Of a stretch of 64,000 bases of DNA, positions 27,027 through 40,942 are shown piece by piece (the stretch's first letter is position 1; every line of letters starts with the position of its first letter). The translations under genes were made by a program, and so were the position numbers. The stretch is taken from positions 42,532,001 to 42,596,000 of the forward strand of contig OX597834.1 of assembly GCA_951406725.2 (NCBI GenBank). Direction: 5' to 3'. The notes beneath the pieces are model-generated. The model was not told where the DNA came from. It saw only the letters and a program-made list of their open reading frames with translations, and made no database searches. Source of the stretch: Octopus vulgaris. Taxonomy: Eukaryota.

Positions 27027-27653
27027 CATAGATAGATAGATATATGCATAGATATATATATAGATAGATAGATATATGCATGTATGTATATATGTATATG
27101 TATGCATATATATGCATTCTTGTATATTCTCATGCATAAATATATTTTTAAAAAAATCAAGATTGTTACTTAAAAATGAAGTGCTACCAATTATTTCTGA
27201 TAGAACGCGTATATTCATATATAACACGCATGCTTGCCCCGCGGACGTACACTGGAACTGGATACAGTTATTTCTGGCCAAAGCAAGATACGAACCCGGC
27301 GCCTTCCCCTTCGCATTTTTAGCTGGTGCAGCATCACGACGTCAGCCACTTGTCTCAGCTGTCATTGCTGTTGAATGTAACAGGTTTTACTCCCACTGTT
27401 CATCTGCCGTCACTTATTGTACTGCAACTTTGTACTACAATCATGTTATTGATTGTTTCATGAATATATTTACACACAAACACACTTTATCGTTTGTTAT
27501 TTCAACAAAGGCAGCAAATATTCCTGTTTCTCGCACTCTTCCTTTCTCTCCCTCTCTCTCTATGTCTGTCTGTCTCTCTCTCTCTCTACCTCTTACACAC
27601 ACACATACGCGCACACACAAATACACCAGCATGTATTAGATACATAAACATAT

Positions 27654-28078
27654 AAGGCGGCGAGCTGGCAGAAACGTTAGCACGCTGGGCGAAATGCTTT
27701 GCGGTATTTCGTCTGCCGTTACGTTGTGAGTTCAAATTCCGCCGAGGTCGACTTTGCCTTTCATCCTTTCGGGGTCGATAAATTAAGTACCAGTTACACA
27801 CTGGAGTCGATGTAATCGACTTAATCCATTTGTCTGTCCTTGTTTGTCCCCTCTGTGTTTAGCCCCTTGTGGGTAGTAAAGAAATAGAAATAGGTATTTC
27901 GTCTGCCGTTACGTTCTGAGTTCAAATTCCGCCGAGGTCGACTTTACCTTTCATCCTTTCGGGGTCGATAAATTAAGTACCAGTTACGCACTGGGGTCGA
28001 TATAATCGACTTAATCCGTTTGTTTGTCATTGTTTGTCCCCTCTATGTTTAGCCCCTTGTGGGTAGTAAAGAAACAGA
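27654..28078 (+). mobile_element. Meta-domain SINE (family A) dimer
   Basis: Head-body-tail1-body-tail1, junction gaaataggtatttcgtctgccg. Confidence 0.9.
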
Positions 28079-28273
28079 TATATAAACATACGCATACACT
28101 TTTTCATTCCTCCGATATATGTATGACTTCGTTAATCTGTCTATCACGCTATTTATTTATGTAGCGGAAACTTTACCCGTGTGCGTATGTATGCATATGC
28201 GTATGTAAGCACGTACGTGTGTGGGTCTGTGCTTGTGTGCATGTATGTATGTATGTATGTATGTATGTACGTT

Positions 28274-28832
28274 CATGTCAGGTCACTTTCGAGTGCTACT
28301 GGTAACATGTAACCCAGTACAACCTGTTGCATGGTCGGGTCGTCGGCGCGACTAAACCGGCAACCCCACCAAGCTTGCTTGGTGAGGAGGGTGTTTATTG
28401 GACACCCTGCGGGATGAAAAACAATACCCGTCAAAGGGCGGAGGAATTCGTGAGAGTCAACGTCCATCCAATAAATGTCTTAAGGCTGTATCATGCGCGG
28501 GGGCATAGAAACAATCGGACTGAGTACCCGATCGCGCGGTTAAACCATTGGGAGTGAAGGACTCCTAGCCTTTGTTAGGGCATCCTTCTAGGAGAAGGTA
28601 ACTCAGGTAACTGGGATAACTCCGACATAAAACTGCGACTCAGTGGTTACTGATGATGTTGACTTGTTCTTCTTTTCGGATTACGGCTGCTGTTGCTTGG
28701 TGAGTGGGATTGACTCAGTGCACAGCCTTTCTTCACTTTAAAAATAAATCTTCTTGCACAGGCATTGCACGATAACAACATCGATTAAGCTTCGTGCAAT
28801 GGCCATACTCGATAACGAGGGGGCAGCCACCA
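28274..28832 (+). mobile_element. Highly structured non-autonomous retroelement, probably RTE 5'UTR fused to RTE 3' end
   Basis: GC-richer island inside (TATG)n; RTE-5'UTR-like ccttctaggagaaggtaactc; terminal ctcgataacgagggggcagcc resembles RTE 3' stem-loops; more than 10 hairpins. Confidence 0.5.
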
Positions 28833-28996
28833 TGTATGTATGTATAGGGGATTGTATGTATATGTGCAGTGTGTCTAAGTTTGTGTCAGAAAAACTTGCG
28901 ATATTTCTTCCAGATCTTTACGTTCTGGTTTCAGTACCAGCTTTGGTGAACTTTATTTGTCAAACTTTCGGAATCGATAAAATCTCAGTACCAATA

Positions 28997-30497
28997 CTAC
29001 TTACTTACTTGTACTTGTGGCGACATTCACTCTGGGCGGATTGAGTCCGCTTCTTCCACCACCCTCGAGGTATCTCGAACCATGGCAGTGCAAAGAGTTT
29101 TGGTGCATCATTGTGCCCTTGCTTTACTCCATTCTCAACGGTAAAAGATTCAGAGAGCCTACCACCAAAATTAACTCTAGCTTTCATATCATGATGCAAA
29201 GCTCTGACCATGTTTACAAATTTTTCTGGGCAACGTATTTTCCTTAGAATTAGCCACAGAGCATTTCGATTAACTGTATCGAATGCTTCGCTCAAATCAA
29301 CAAAGCAATGGTCTAGAGCAAGATTCTGTTCAATTCACTGTTCTTGAAATTGTCTGACAGTAAAGATAGAATCATCTCTGCCCCTGGAGGAACGAAAACC
29401 ACACTGAGACTCAGACATTATATTTGGAACTATAAAGGTATTTAAAAGTTCTAACAAAATGCGGGCAAGTACCTTTCAAAAGCGAAATCCCACGAAAATT
29501 AACACACAGATCCTTTGGCCTCGACTAAAATGTCCAACAGTGACAGATTGATATATTTAAGAGTTCAAACATTTTGTCCCCCCCCCCCGCCATATTTCAA
29601 GACTTCTGCACAGATTCCATCAGACCCTGGAGGCCTACTGTTATTCAGCTTATTCACAGCTAAATAAATGTCGTTTAGAGTTGGTTCAGATGCCATCTCT
29701 TCTATAACTGGAAGGTGTTCGATTTTTTCTATCGTCCTCGTGTCAACGGATGATGGTCTATTCAAAAGTGCGGAAAAATGTTCTACCCAACGCTTATGAA
29801 TAGAAGCGGTGTCAGTCAGAAGCAAACGTCTATTTGCTATTCTCACTGGAGCTTTTGAAGATTTTGGGTCATATACCTCCTTAACATAAGAGTACAAACC
29901 CTTGCCATCATTTCTATCAGCTACTTCTTGTGCCCCTTTTGCTCTATCATTCCACCATTCCTGTTTAATTGTCTTTAGAGCAATCTGCACTTTCCTTAAC
30001 AGCTTTCTGTAAGTTTCGTTTGAGCTAGGGGTTCAAGGACTGAGAAAGAAGTGTATTGCCTAAGTTTTGGTTTTCTAAAAGTAGATCATGAATTTCTGTT
30101 GATCTATCTGAGAACCAATCACTGGATTTATGAGATTTAAATTCCACCGATGAACTTGCAGCCTGAAATACTTTTGTTTTGAAATCTTCCCATAGATTGT
30201 TTTGGTCTAGATCGATACTTTCTATAACATAGTGGAATCTTTGCAAGTTCCTTGGTAATTTAAAGTTTGCAACATTTCACTTTTTGGGCACCTCAGGACC
30301 AGAGTGTCGATGTTTAGGTATTGTCGAAAAATCTATTTTTCCACGCACTAGGTGATGGTCAGTCCAGCTCTCTGCCCCTCTCATGGCCCGAACGCTAGAA
30401 GCGTCTTTCGTATCACGTTTTCTGCTCAGAATATAATCTATGAGATGCCAGTGCTTAGACCTTGGGTGCATCCAGGTGGTTTTATATTTATTTTTCT
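28997..30497 (-). pseudogene. RTE-clade LINE, 5'-truncated and internally deleted (EN C-terminus, linker, RT N-half, 3' end)
   Basis: TTWMHPRSKHWHLIDYILSR...RAMRGAESWTDHHLVR (APE); PGSDGICAEVLKYGG; AFDTVNRNALWLIL...SESFTVENGVKQG (RT). Stops and frameshifts; (CAAGTA)-like tail at 28997-29016. Confidence 0.92.
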
Positions 30498-31087
30498 GCT
30501 TATGTGTGTGTGTATGTGCGCACGCGTGTATGTGTGCGGGAAACTCTATCTGTCTGTATGCGTACGTATACCGGTGCAACACGGCATCTCGAGTTGCGTT
30601 TAATATACGCATATGAAAAAAGCAACATAGCCAACCGTTAAATAAATATCCATCAATGTATATACGAAAATATGGTAGAAATGTCGATATGACCGAATAT
30701 ATACCCGTCAATGCGGTACCACTTGATGTCCACGGTTCAGTGACTGAGACACAAATGGGAGAATTGTGGAGCTGTTGCATGGTAAATGAAATCTGAATCG
30801 TTTATGTAGCATTTGTGAAATAAATCGAAAAATAATTGACCGTACGTATAGACTCAGACTATAGCAAATGTAGAATGGAAGTTTACAGACAATTAGATGA
30901 TGAATTGTTGGGTGTAGATGACAGGGAACCCTATTCGAGATCTCTGTGTAGATTACTGACAGCTGTTTGAACGTGGGTGTGCTGCAGTTAGGAAGTGAGT
31001 CTTGGTTGAGTAGTGAAGCGAGAGAAAGGTAACATATGCTGAGTAGGTTCCTACTAAAAGCAAAAAGAGAATATAACAACAACCACA

Positions 31088-31448
31088 GCAATGGCCCAAT
31101 GGTTAGGGCAGCGGACTCGCGGTCGGAGGATCGCGGTTTCGATTCCTTGACCGGGCGTTGTGTGTGTTTATTGACCGAAAACACCTAAAGCTCCATGAGG
31201 CTCCGGCAGGGGGTGGTGGCGACCCCTGTTGTACTCTTTCGCTCCAACTTTCTCTCACTCTTTCTTCCTGTTTCTTGTCCCCGACTTCCTACGCAACCAC
31301 TGAGCCTGGATGCGCATTCATCCATCCGTCGATGCTCTCGGTGTCGGGAGTTGACCTGTCTTCTCTTATGCGGGTCTTACGAATAGCAAAGGACCACGTT
31401 TCGGACTCCTCCCATCTTGCGAGCTCTGGGACGAATACCGTTCGCTCA
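31088..31448 (+). mobile_element. SINE family C with tail type 2
   Basis: C head, then cttgtccccgacttcctacgc...gcaaaggaccacgtttcggac, shared with 57523-57862. Confidence 0.85.
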
Positions 31449-31522
31449 ACAGCAACAGCAACGACAACAACAACAACAATAATGACAACAATGATAACGG
31501 CAGCAACAAGAGTCATAATAAT

Positions 31523-31915
31523 AATTCTTTCCACTATTGGTAAAGGTGTGAAAATGGTGTGGGGAAGGGTCTAGTCGATTACATCGACCTCATTGTTCGA
31601 CTGGTACGTCTTTCATCGATCCCGAAAAGCTGAAAAGGCAAAGTCGACCACGGTGGGTTTTGTACTCAGAAAACAGGCGAAATGCCGCTAAGCATTTTGT
31701 CCGGCGTGGTAAAAATCTGCTTGCTCGCTACCATGATAATCCTTTCTACAAAAGATACAAGGCCCGAAATTTTGCGGGAGGGCACCAGTCAATTAGGTCG
31801 ACTCCAGTGTTTCACTGGTACTTAAATATTCGACCCCGAAAGGATAAAATGCATATTCAACCTCAGAGGAATTTGAACTCAGAAACATAATGACGGACGA
31901 AATGCCGTTAAGATA
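31523..31915 (-). mobile_element. Two degenerate family A SINEs
   Basis: Meta-domain remnants. Confidence 0.7.
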
Positions 31916-32253
31916 TCATTGTTAAAGGTTGTCTTCATAAAGAGCTAGAGTAAAAGTTATTAGAATCTGGTACAGCGCAGCGTGTTTCCAAAGATTCGGT
32001 TAGATTCCTGGAGAAAGGGACCGACAGACTGGTGTGTATAGGGCTTGCTTTAGTACCAAATATTAGAGGGGAAATATAAGAGTCAGCTGAAGGTTGTGAT
32101 ATTAGTTTTGCGTAACTGAACTTTCTTTCCACACTTCTTGTGCGTGGATGGCAGAGACAGCAGTGTGGGGAGGGGAAAAAATTGGGGAAGTTTGTAAAGT
32201 ATGTCGAGTGTAGAGTTAACTGGAAAACGACCAGCGAAAGTGAAAGCTTTCCC

Positions 32254-32953
32254 TGCAGAGTCTTACTGAAACACTTATGCCGTTCTATTGCATACACTGC
32301 CTGTCCAGGGCTTAACAATTACATCCAGAACCTCAATGTAGGTGGCCGAGTCAACTCTAAGGACTTGTGGAATGAAGTAATGAGGCATCACATATCTTTC
32401 GTTGCTGACAATCCCTAAAACTATGACAGTTGCAGCAAATTTTGTAATCATAACACTTGGAACTTTAGAATGGTCTGCACATAACCATCTATCATTTCTT
32501 CAGTTAACTTTTTGATTTGGTTTGAGAAAAACCATCACCCCCTGTATAGATTTCGGACTGTTCCTTCTGAAACATGGAGATCTTCTGCAATTGACCTCAA
32601 GGATTTTCTCGGATTGTAATCAAAGGTCTGTTGAACTTGCTGAATAAATTCAAGTGTTTTGATGATTTCAGAATATTTAGAATGCTTTTTTATGCTTTGA
32701 TACTGGTGATAGATTTCCATCTTCAGTCTCTAGCTCCTTACAAAATTTGTAGACGAAAGATCTGGCAACTTTTAAAAATTGAGATATTTCTAAATCACTA
32801 TGCTCAACCTTTATAAACACAATAATTGCATCCCTCTTCATTTCTTGAGTAAGCTGAGGGTCTGCCATTATTATTTTCTGACACAAAGATTATACAGAGT
32901 TAGCAAAATATGCAAAAAATGGTATGTCCTCAAATACCTTACGCACCCGGCAT
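32254..32953 (-). pseudogene. Tc1/mariner-superfamily (maT/DD37D-like) transposase remnant with left TIR
   Basis: EMKRDAIIVFIK...ISQFLKVARSFVYK; NPRKSLRSIAEDLHVSEGTVRN; QKVNRRNDRWLC...TKFAATVIVLGIVS...YIEVLDVIVKPW...VFQ*DSA. TIR-like end ccgggtgcgtaaggtatttgaggacat. Confidence 0.8.
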
Positions 32954-33001
32954 ATATCTACATATACGTATTTTCCTTTTACATATATGTACATATATGT
33001 A

Positions 33002-33056
<55 letters not shown>

Positions 33057-33079
33057 ATATATGTATGGATGTATGTATG

Positions 33080-33118
<39 letters not shown>

Positions 33119-33209
33119 ACATACATATATTTATATTCTCTTACGTCCAAAATGAAGCCAACTTACTAATATCACACAGACCTTGTGTATGTGTGTTCGA
33201 TTCTGTTTG

Positions 33210-33257
<48 letters not shown>

Positions 33258-33286
33258 CATAATTAAGAGAAAATCTATGTATATAT

Positions 33287-33328
<42 letters not shown>

Positions 33329-33607
33329 TTGTGTCCGTATGTGTATTTACATTATTCTCACAGTTCCTGAATTCCATATCTCGCCGTCAGTTGTCCGTCA
33401 TTCCCCGTACCTGTAACGTTGTACTCTCTAGTTTAATAAAGTTACTTCAATAGGATTATGAACAACATTGTTAAAATTGGATAAGAGAATTGTTTAAGCT
33501 GCGAGAGATATTCAATACATATATATAGAGATAAGAAATTACAAAATATTGATATAATATACATACATACACATATATATATACATACACACACATAGAC
33601 ATTTATA

Positions 33608-33650
<43 letters not shown>

Positions 33651-33683
33651 GTAATATAATGCAAATAATAAATATGCATGTAT

Positions 33684-33753
<70 letters not shown>

Positions 33754-33769
33754 CATTATATATATATAT

Positions 33770-34234
33770 GTGTGTGTGTGTGTCCGTGTCCCCACTATCC
33801 CTTGACAACCGACGTTGGTATATTTTCGTCCCTGTTACTTAGCGGTCCGTTAAAAAAGACCGATAGAATAAGTACTAGGCTTACAAAGAATAAGTAACGG
33901 GGTCGATTTGTTCGCCTAAGGCGGGCGCCAGTATGGCCGCAGTCATATGACTGAAATGAGTAAGAGAATAAACGAATATATATATATATATATATGCATA
34001 TATATATATATATATACACACACACATATACACACACACATGTGTATATATATATCTATCTATCCATCTATATACGTACAATATACAACGCACATATGCA
34101 AGTGTATTATATTGTGTATATATCTTCACATATGTGTATATTTGTGTGTGTTTGTGTGTGTTGATATAAAGCCTTGTGAGTGAATTTGGTAGACAGAAAC
34201 TGAAAGATACTCATCGTATGTGTGTGTGTGTGTG

Positions 34235-34276
<42 letters not shown>

Positions 34277-34500
34277 CATATATGAATATGTATTTATGTG
34301 TCCGGACTTGTCCCCCAGTATCGCTTTACCACCGACGCTAGTACATTTACCTCCTAGCAACTGAGCGGCTCGGGAAGAGAAAACGATATAATAATTACTA
34401 GGCTTACAAAGAATGAGTCTTGGGTTCGATTTGCTCGACTAAAGGCGGTGCTCCAGCATGGCCGCAGTCGAATAACTGAAACAAATAAAGAAATAAAAGT
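33770..34500 (+). mobile_element. Two partial SINE family B copies
   Basis: Conserved 3' halves (gatagaataagtactaggcttacaaagaat...catggccgcagtc). Confidence 0.8.
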
Positions 34501-34663
34501 TTATATATATATATAGACATACACATACACATATGTATGCATGTATGTATCTTTGTATGATTGCATGTATGCAAACATGTATGTATTATGTATGTATATA
34601 TTTACGTATGTAAGAATGTGTGTATATATGTATGCATGCCTTTATAATGTACATTAGTCAGTG

Positions 34664-34710
<47 letters not shown>

Positions 34711-35460
34711 GAAAGTGGCTGACAATTCATTTGGTAATGTAGTATCTACCTATATTATTTAATAATGGTTGGATTCTGTTTTACGGAACTCAAAGTTCCG
34801 TCGCAAGCTCCCCACGCTCCCTCTTTCTCATTCTCCCTCTCCCTCTTTCTCTCCATCTGTATACATACATACATACATATATACATATCAATATATATAC
34901 ATATATACTTAGTAAAATTACTATATATTTTCATGATTCTATATACTTAGGGGTCTCTTATCTTTTAAAATATTGAGTAAATAAATTCTTTTGCAATCCC
35001 ATTGTTCTCAGCAGAGTTACACTATTACTTACGCTATAATTTAATATATACAATAGAATTATGATTTAATACTTATAATTGCATAATAGAATTACTAAAA
35101 TATGTTAGACGTACAAAATGCTAATCATATAATTACTATAAAATTTTACAGATATACATTTGAATTACATTGTAGTTTTAATTAAATTTCTCTAATTTCT
35201 TAAAATAATCTCCCCACCAACCTTTAATATCTTTATATATACACAGTAGATAAAGCTCATTTGTATATAACTGTAAACAGAGATATCAATTTATATTTTG
35301 TGTGTGTGTGTGTGTATATATATATATGCACATATATGTAGGTCTATATATATATTCGTTTATTTATATCTGTGACTGTGGCAAGGAACTTAGTTCAAAA
35401 CCGCATTGTTCTGAGTTCAGTTACAATGCGTCGCATCTTGGCCAGGTTTTTCTGCTATAG

Positions 35461-35462
<2 letters not shown>

Positions 35463-35542
<80 letters not shown>

Positions 35543-35563
35543 ATATATATATATATTTGTATA

Positions 35564-35619
<56 letters not shown>

Positions 35620-35913
35620 TTGCATATATTTGTATATATGTGTATATATATACATATTTGTATATATATGTATATATATATATATTTGTATATATGATTG
35701 TTTCAGCTCACGGGCTGTGGCCATGCTGGGGCACCGCCATTTGGTGTTGCTACATGGTTTTACTTCACGAATGCTTTTTAGCAACTGTCATTTGGTGTAT
35801 ATATATATATGTGTATATATATATATTTGTATATATATATGTATATATATATATTTGTATATAAATGTATATATATATATATTTGTATTTATATATTTAT
35901 ATGTATATATTTG

Positions 35914-36000
<87 letters not shown>

Positions 36001-36031
36001 TTGTATATATATATATATTTATATATATTTG

Positions 36032-36088
<57 letters not shown>

Positions 36089-36372
36089 TTATTTATATAT
36101 ATATATTTATATTTATATATATATTTATATATGTATATATATCTATTTATATATATCTATATATTTATTAATATATATATTCATATGTATATTTATATTT
36201 GTATATATATTTATATTTTTATATGTATTTATATTTATATATATATTTATATATGTATATATAGTTATTAATATATATATATAATTTATATGTATATTTA
36301 TATTTATATATATATTTATATTTTTATATGTATTTATATTTATATATGTATTTTTATATGCATATATATTTA

Positions 36373-36415
<43 letters not shown>
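35463..36415. repeat. Long degenerate (TA)n tract, containing a short LINE-tail fragment at about 35698-35790 (-)
   Basis: Direct repeats; the embedded gtttcagctcacgggctgtggccatgctggggcaccgcc is the reverse complement of the LINE tail at 36946-36983. Confidence 0.9.
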
Positions 36416-36417
<2 letters not shown>

Positions 36418-36535
36418 TTATATATATTTACATAAAAAGAGTTTAGAAATAGACTCAGAACTATAATATAAAATATAATATAATAAAATACAATATGGTA
36501 TGATATGATATAATATAATAAAATAAAATATAATA

Positions 36536-36569
<34 letters not shown>

Positions 36570-36635
36570 ACATAGTCATACAGACATAGTTATATTCATA
36601 TATGCATATACATATATATGTACACACACACACAG

Positions 36636-36990
36636 CAATGCCAAACCAGGTCGACACTGCACAGTGCCGAAGATCCTAACAATGCCATCGCGCTTAAAGA
36701 CCAGTTACTGCAACAGCCTGGGTTTCAGGGTCCCACAGCTTTTTAATATTCTTCCAAAGAGCCTGGGATACCCATACAAAGTGGACGTAGGTGTTTTCAA
36801 ATCAAAACTGGACCTCTTCCTGTGGCCAGTCCCAGATAAATCAACCGCAGCAAGAGGTGTAAATGAGGGGAGTGACATCGAACTCCCTTTTTCACCAAAT
36901 GCCACGTTTTAGAGGAGACTCTCAATAATAACAGTTTAGCAAAACGGCGTTGCCCCAGCATGGCCGCAGCTCTGAGCTGAAACATAGGGA
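36636..36990 (+). mobile_element. 3' end of a CR1/L2-group LINE (ORF2 C-terminus and tail)
   Basis: CNSLGFRVPQLFNILPKSL...VDVGVFKSKLDLFL resembles the CR1-group ORF2 C-terminal 'WN.LP...FK..LD.FL' motif; followed by a stem-loop tail. Confidence 0.75.
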
Positions 36991-37337
36991 AAACAATACC
37001 TGTATATATGATTGTATTTTCATACACATTAATACACAAACACTCTAATACACACACAACACACACACTCACATATATTTGTATATGTGTGTATCTGTAA
37101 CTTTGTATATTTGCAGGCCACCCACTAGCGATCGGCAACAGGTGTTGGTTTATGAAAACAGACGTAATCTTGCGATTTAGCAAAACTAGGCCGCTGCAGT
37201 AAATACCACAATATAAGAAAAAAACAAGTATTGTCCTTTCTAACATCTATTAAAGTCTTTAAGTTGGTTCGTGCACTAACTTGGCCGCAGACTAACTACC
37301 CCCTCCCATGTAAATGGCTAAATATGTATATAAAGGA

Positions 37338-37401
<64 letters not shown>

Positions 37402-37418
37402 ATACATACATACATATA

Positions 37419-37450
<32 letters not shown>

Positions 37451-37546
37451 ATAATAAAAGGGTGAAATTAATTAATTAGGGATAATTATCAATTAGACCA
37501 AGTAGATTTCGGTATGTAAAAGCCCCATTCGAGGAAAATTTAAGTA

Positions 37547-37790
37547 ATACTAAGTAATCAAGGGTTTAGCAACGAATTGCCTCACCAACACACCGAATTT
37601 AGAAATAGCAGTCAAAGAGATATAGCTATTCCTTCTACTAAAAGGGGGATCTCAGTAAAAACAGTAAGTGCTGTGTTTTTACTGAGATCCCCCTTTTAGT
37701 AGAAGGAATAGCTATATCTCTTTGACTGCTATTTCTAAATTCGGTGTGTTGGTGAGGCAATTCGTTGCTAAACCCTTGATTACTTAGTAT
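37547..37790. repeat. Perfect 117-bp inverted repeat with 10-nt loop
   Basis: Arms 37547-37663 and 37674-37790 are exact reverse complements; loop gtaagtgctg; flanked by (TA)n. Confidence 0.9.
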
Positions 37791-37811
37791 ATATATATAT
37801 ACATATATATG

Positions 37812-37879
<68 letters not shown>

Positions 37880-38002
37880 ATATACGTATAAATATATATA
37901 TTTATATATACGTATAAATAAATATATATTTTTTAATATATATAGACATATATGTATATATATACATAAATATTCATGCAGGTACGTATATATATATATA
38001 TA

Positions 38003-38395
38003 CTCATTTACTTGTTTCAGTCATTTGACTGCGGCCATGCTGGAGCACCGCCTTTAGTCGAGCAAATCGACCCCGGGACTTATTCTTTGTAAGCCCAGTA
38101 CTTATTCTATCGGTCTCTTTTGCCGAACAGCTAAGTTACGGGGACGTAAACACACCAGCATCGGTTTTCAAGCAATGCTAGGGGGACAAACACAGACACA
38201 CAAACATATACACACACATATATATACATATATACGACAGGCTTCTTTCAGTTTCCGTCTACCAAATCGACTCACAAGGCATTGGTCGGCCCGAGCCTAT
38301 AGTAGAATACACTTGCCCAAGATGCCATGCAGTGGGACTGAACCCGAAAACATGTGGTTGGTAAGCAAGCTACTTACCACACAGCCACTCCTGCG

Positions 38396-38397
<2 letters not shown>
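38003..38397 (-). mobile_element. SINE family B, full length
   Basis: Near-consensus head ggcgcaggagtggctgtgtggtaag and tail. Confidence 0.9.
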
Positions 38398-38456
<59 letters not shown>

Positions 38457-39469
38457 ACATATATATTTATATATTCATGCGTATCAATATATATGTATGT
38501 ATATATATACATATATACGTGTATAGTGTGAATACATTCACATATATTGTATACTGTGCATATTTTGCGTATTATATATACCTATAATTACGTGTAGTTA
38601 TATGTTTATATGTACATATTTTCAAATATGTTGCTTTGCACTGCTCACACACGCATGCATATATATAAATATGCATATATACAGCTACACATGTAATGAT
38701 GTAAGGAGTTATATATAGATACATACATTCATACATACATACATACAAACATACATAGATGGAATGATGGATAGTTATATAGATAGATATAGACCTACAT
38801 ATACACATACATGCATACATAAATTCCTACATACATACATCCATGCATGCATTCATATATACATGTCAACATATATACATACATAGACACATAGATACAT
38901 GCATGCATGCATATATACCTATATAGATGTATAAGAGGAAAAGTGATTTACAAAACATTTTTAGCGTCACTATATCTCGCAAAGAATCCTTGTATTTATT
39001 TTTTGCTACAATTATTTGAATTACTCTCTGCTGACTGTGGTGCTATGTAATTTTAGTTTACCACATACAGTTATATTAATCATATATGACCAATGAAATT
39101 TCCAAATAAAATATTTAGATTTCATATAATAATAATAAAAATATTAACTTTTAATTGTTATTTAGATATTTATCACAGGTACCATATTTATATTCACGAT
39201 AATTTTGAAATATAAAGTCAGTGGAGAGAATCTTGCTCATAGAAACACTGTTCAAATTATAAAGTGACTCTGGTGAGTCTTTTGTATAAAAGTCGAGATT
39301 AGATTAGAAACATAGAGTCTCGTATGTAATTGTCAGAGATAGAAATATATTCTACATATTTGGTCTGTATACTCACCATACACTTGTGAAATTGTACACA
39401 AAGACACATTTTAAAACCATAATCTTTTTATATGCGTTACCCATCAATAAACCAATGTAATGACAGATT

Positions 39470-39673
39470 CATATGTATGTATATATATATATGCATACAT
39501 ATATATACATGCATACATATATATACATGCATACATATATATACATACATACATAGATACATATATATATATGTATGCATATATGTATATGTGTGTATAC
39601 ATATATACATGTATATATATGTATATATGCATGTACATATATATATATATATGTATATATATATGTATGTAAG

Positions 39674-39715
<42 letters not shown>

Positions 39716-39737
39716 CATGTATATATATATGTATGTA

Positions 39738-39781
<44 letters not shown>

Positions 39782-40056
39782 CATGTATATATGTATATAT
39801 GTATGTATGCATGTAAATATATATATATGTATGTATGCATGTATATATATATATATATGTATACATATGTATGCATATATATATATATATATATGTATGT
39901 ATGCATGTTTATATATATATATGTATGTATGTATGCATGTGTATATATATATGTATGTATGTATGCATGTGTATATATATATATGTATGTATGCATGTAT
40001 ATATATATATATATATGTATGTATGCATGTGTATATATATATATATGTATGTATGC

Positions 40057-40093
<37 letters not shown>

Positions 40094-40405
40094 TGTATGC
40101 ATGTGCATATATATATATATATGTATGTATGCATGTATATATATATATATCTATGTGTACATATATATAAATATATATATATGTATACATATTTATAGAC
40201 ATATATACACACAGATACATGTATATATATAAAGGCGTATACACATATATATACGAAACCATTTAGGTGTATAATTATAATCTTTATTACTATAATCATT
40301 ATGAACAATTAAAATATATATTATTATTATTAAAATATATCTGTACTTATGTGTATGTTATTGCATATCTGTGTTCAAAATTCGTAATATACTTATATAA
40401 ACACC

Positions 40406-40440
<35 letters not shown>

Positions 40441-40605
40441 GTATATACATATATATGTATATATATATATACATATATATGTATGTATATACAAACATAT
40501 ATATGTATGCATATACAAACATATATATGTATATATATATATTCATATATTTACATATATATGCATATATATACTTACATATGTATATATATATACATAT
40601 ATATC

Positions 40606-40650
<45 letters not shown>

Positions 40651-40688
40651 ATATATATGTATATATATATATATACATACATATATAA

Positions 40689-40726
<38 letters not shown>

Positions 40727-40908
40727 GCATATATATGCATATATATATGCATCACCTCTCCCTTTCTCTTTCGCGCCTTTTCTCGCTCCCTTTTCCTGTG
40801 TGTGTGTGTCTCTCTCTCTCACTCTCTCTCTCTCTCTCTGTTTTTCTCCATGTATATATATATATAAATACATATATATATGCATGTATATACATATGTG
40901 CACATATG

Positions 40909-40942
<34 letters not shown>

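Noticed and set aside
30955-30990. Minus-strand aaacagctgtcagt resembling an HHR 3' half
   Set aside because: G12 is absent and there is no CUGANGA upstream.
39267-39320. gact-CTGGTGA-gtct...agat-ta-GAAAC-atagagtc
   Set aside because: Core substitution, and stems I and III cannot both form; too ambiguous to count.
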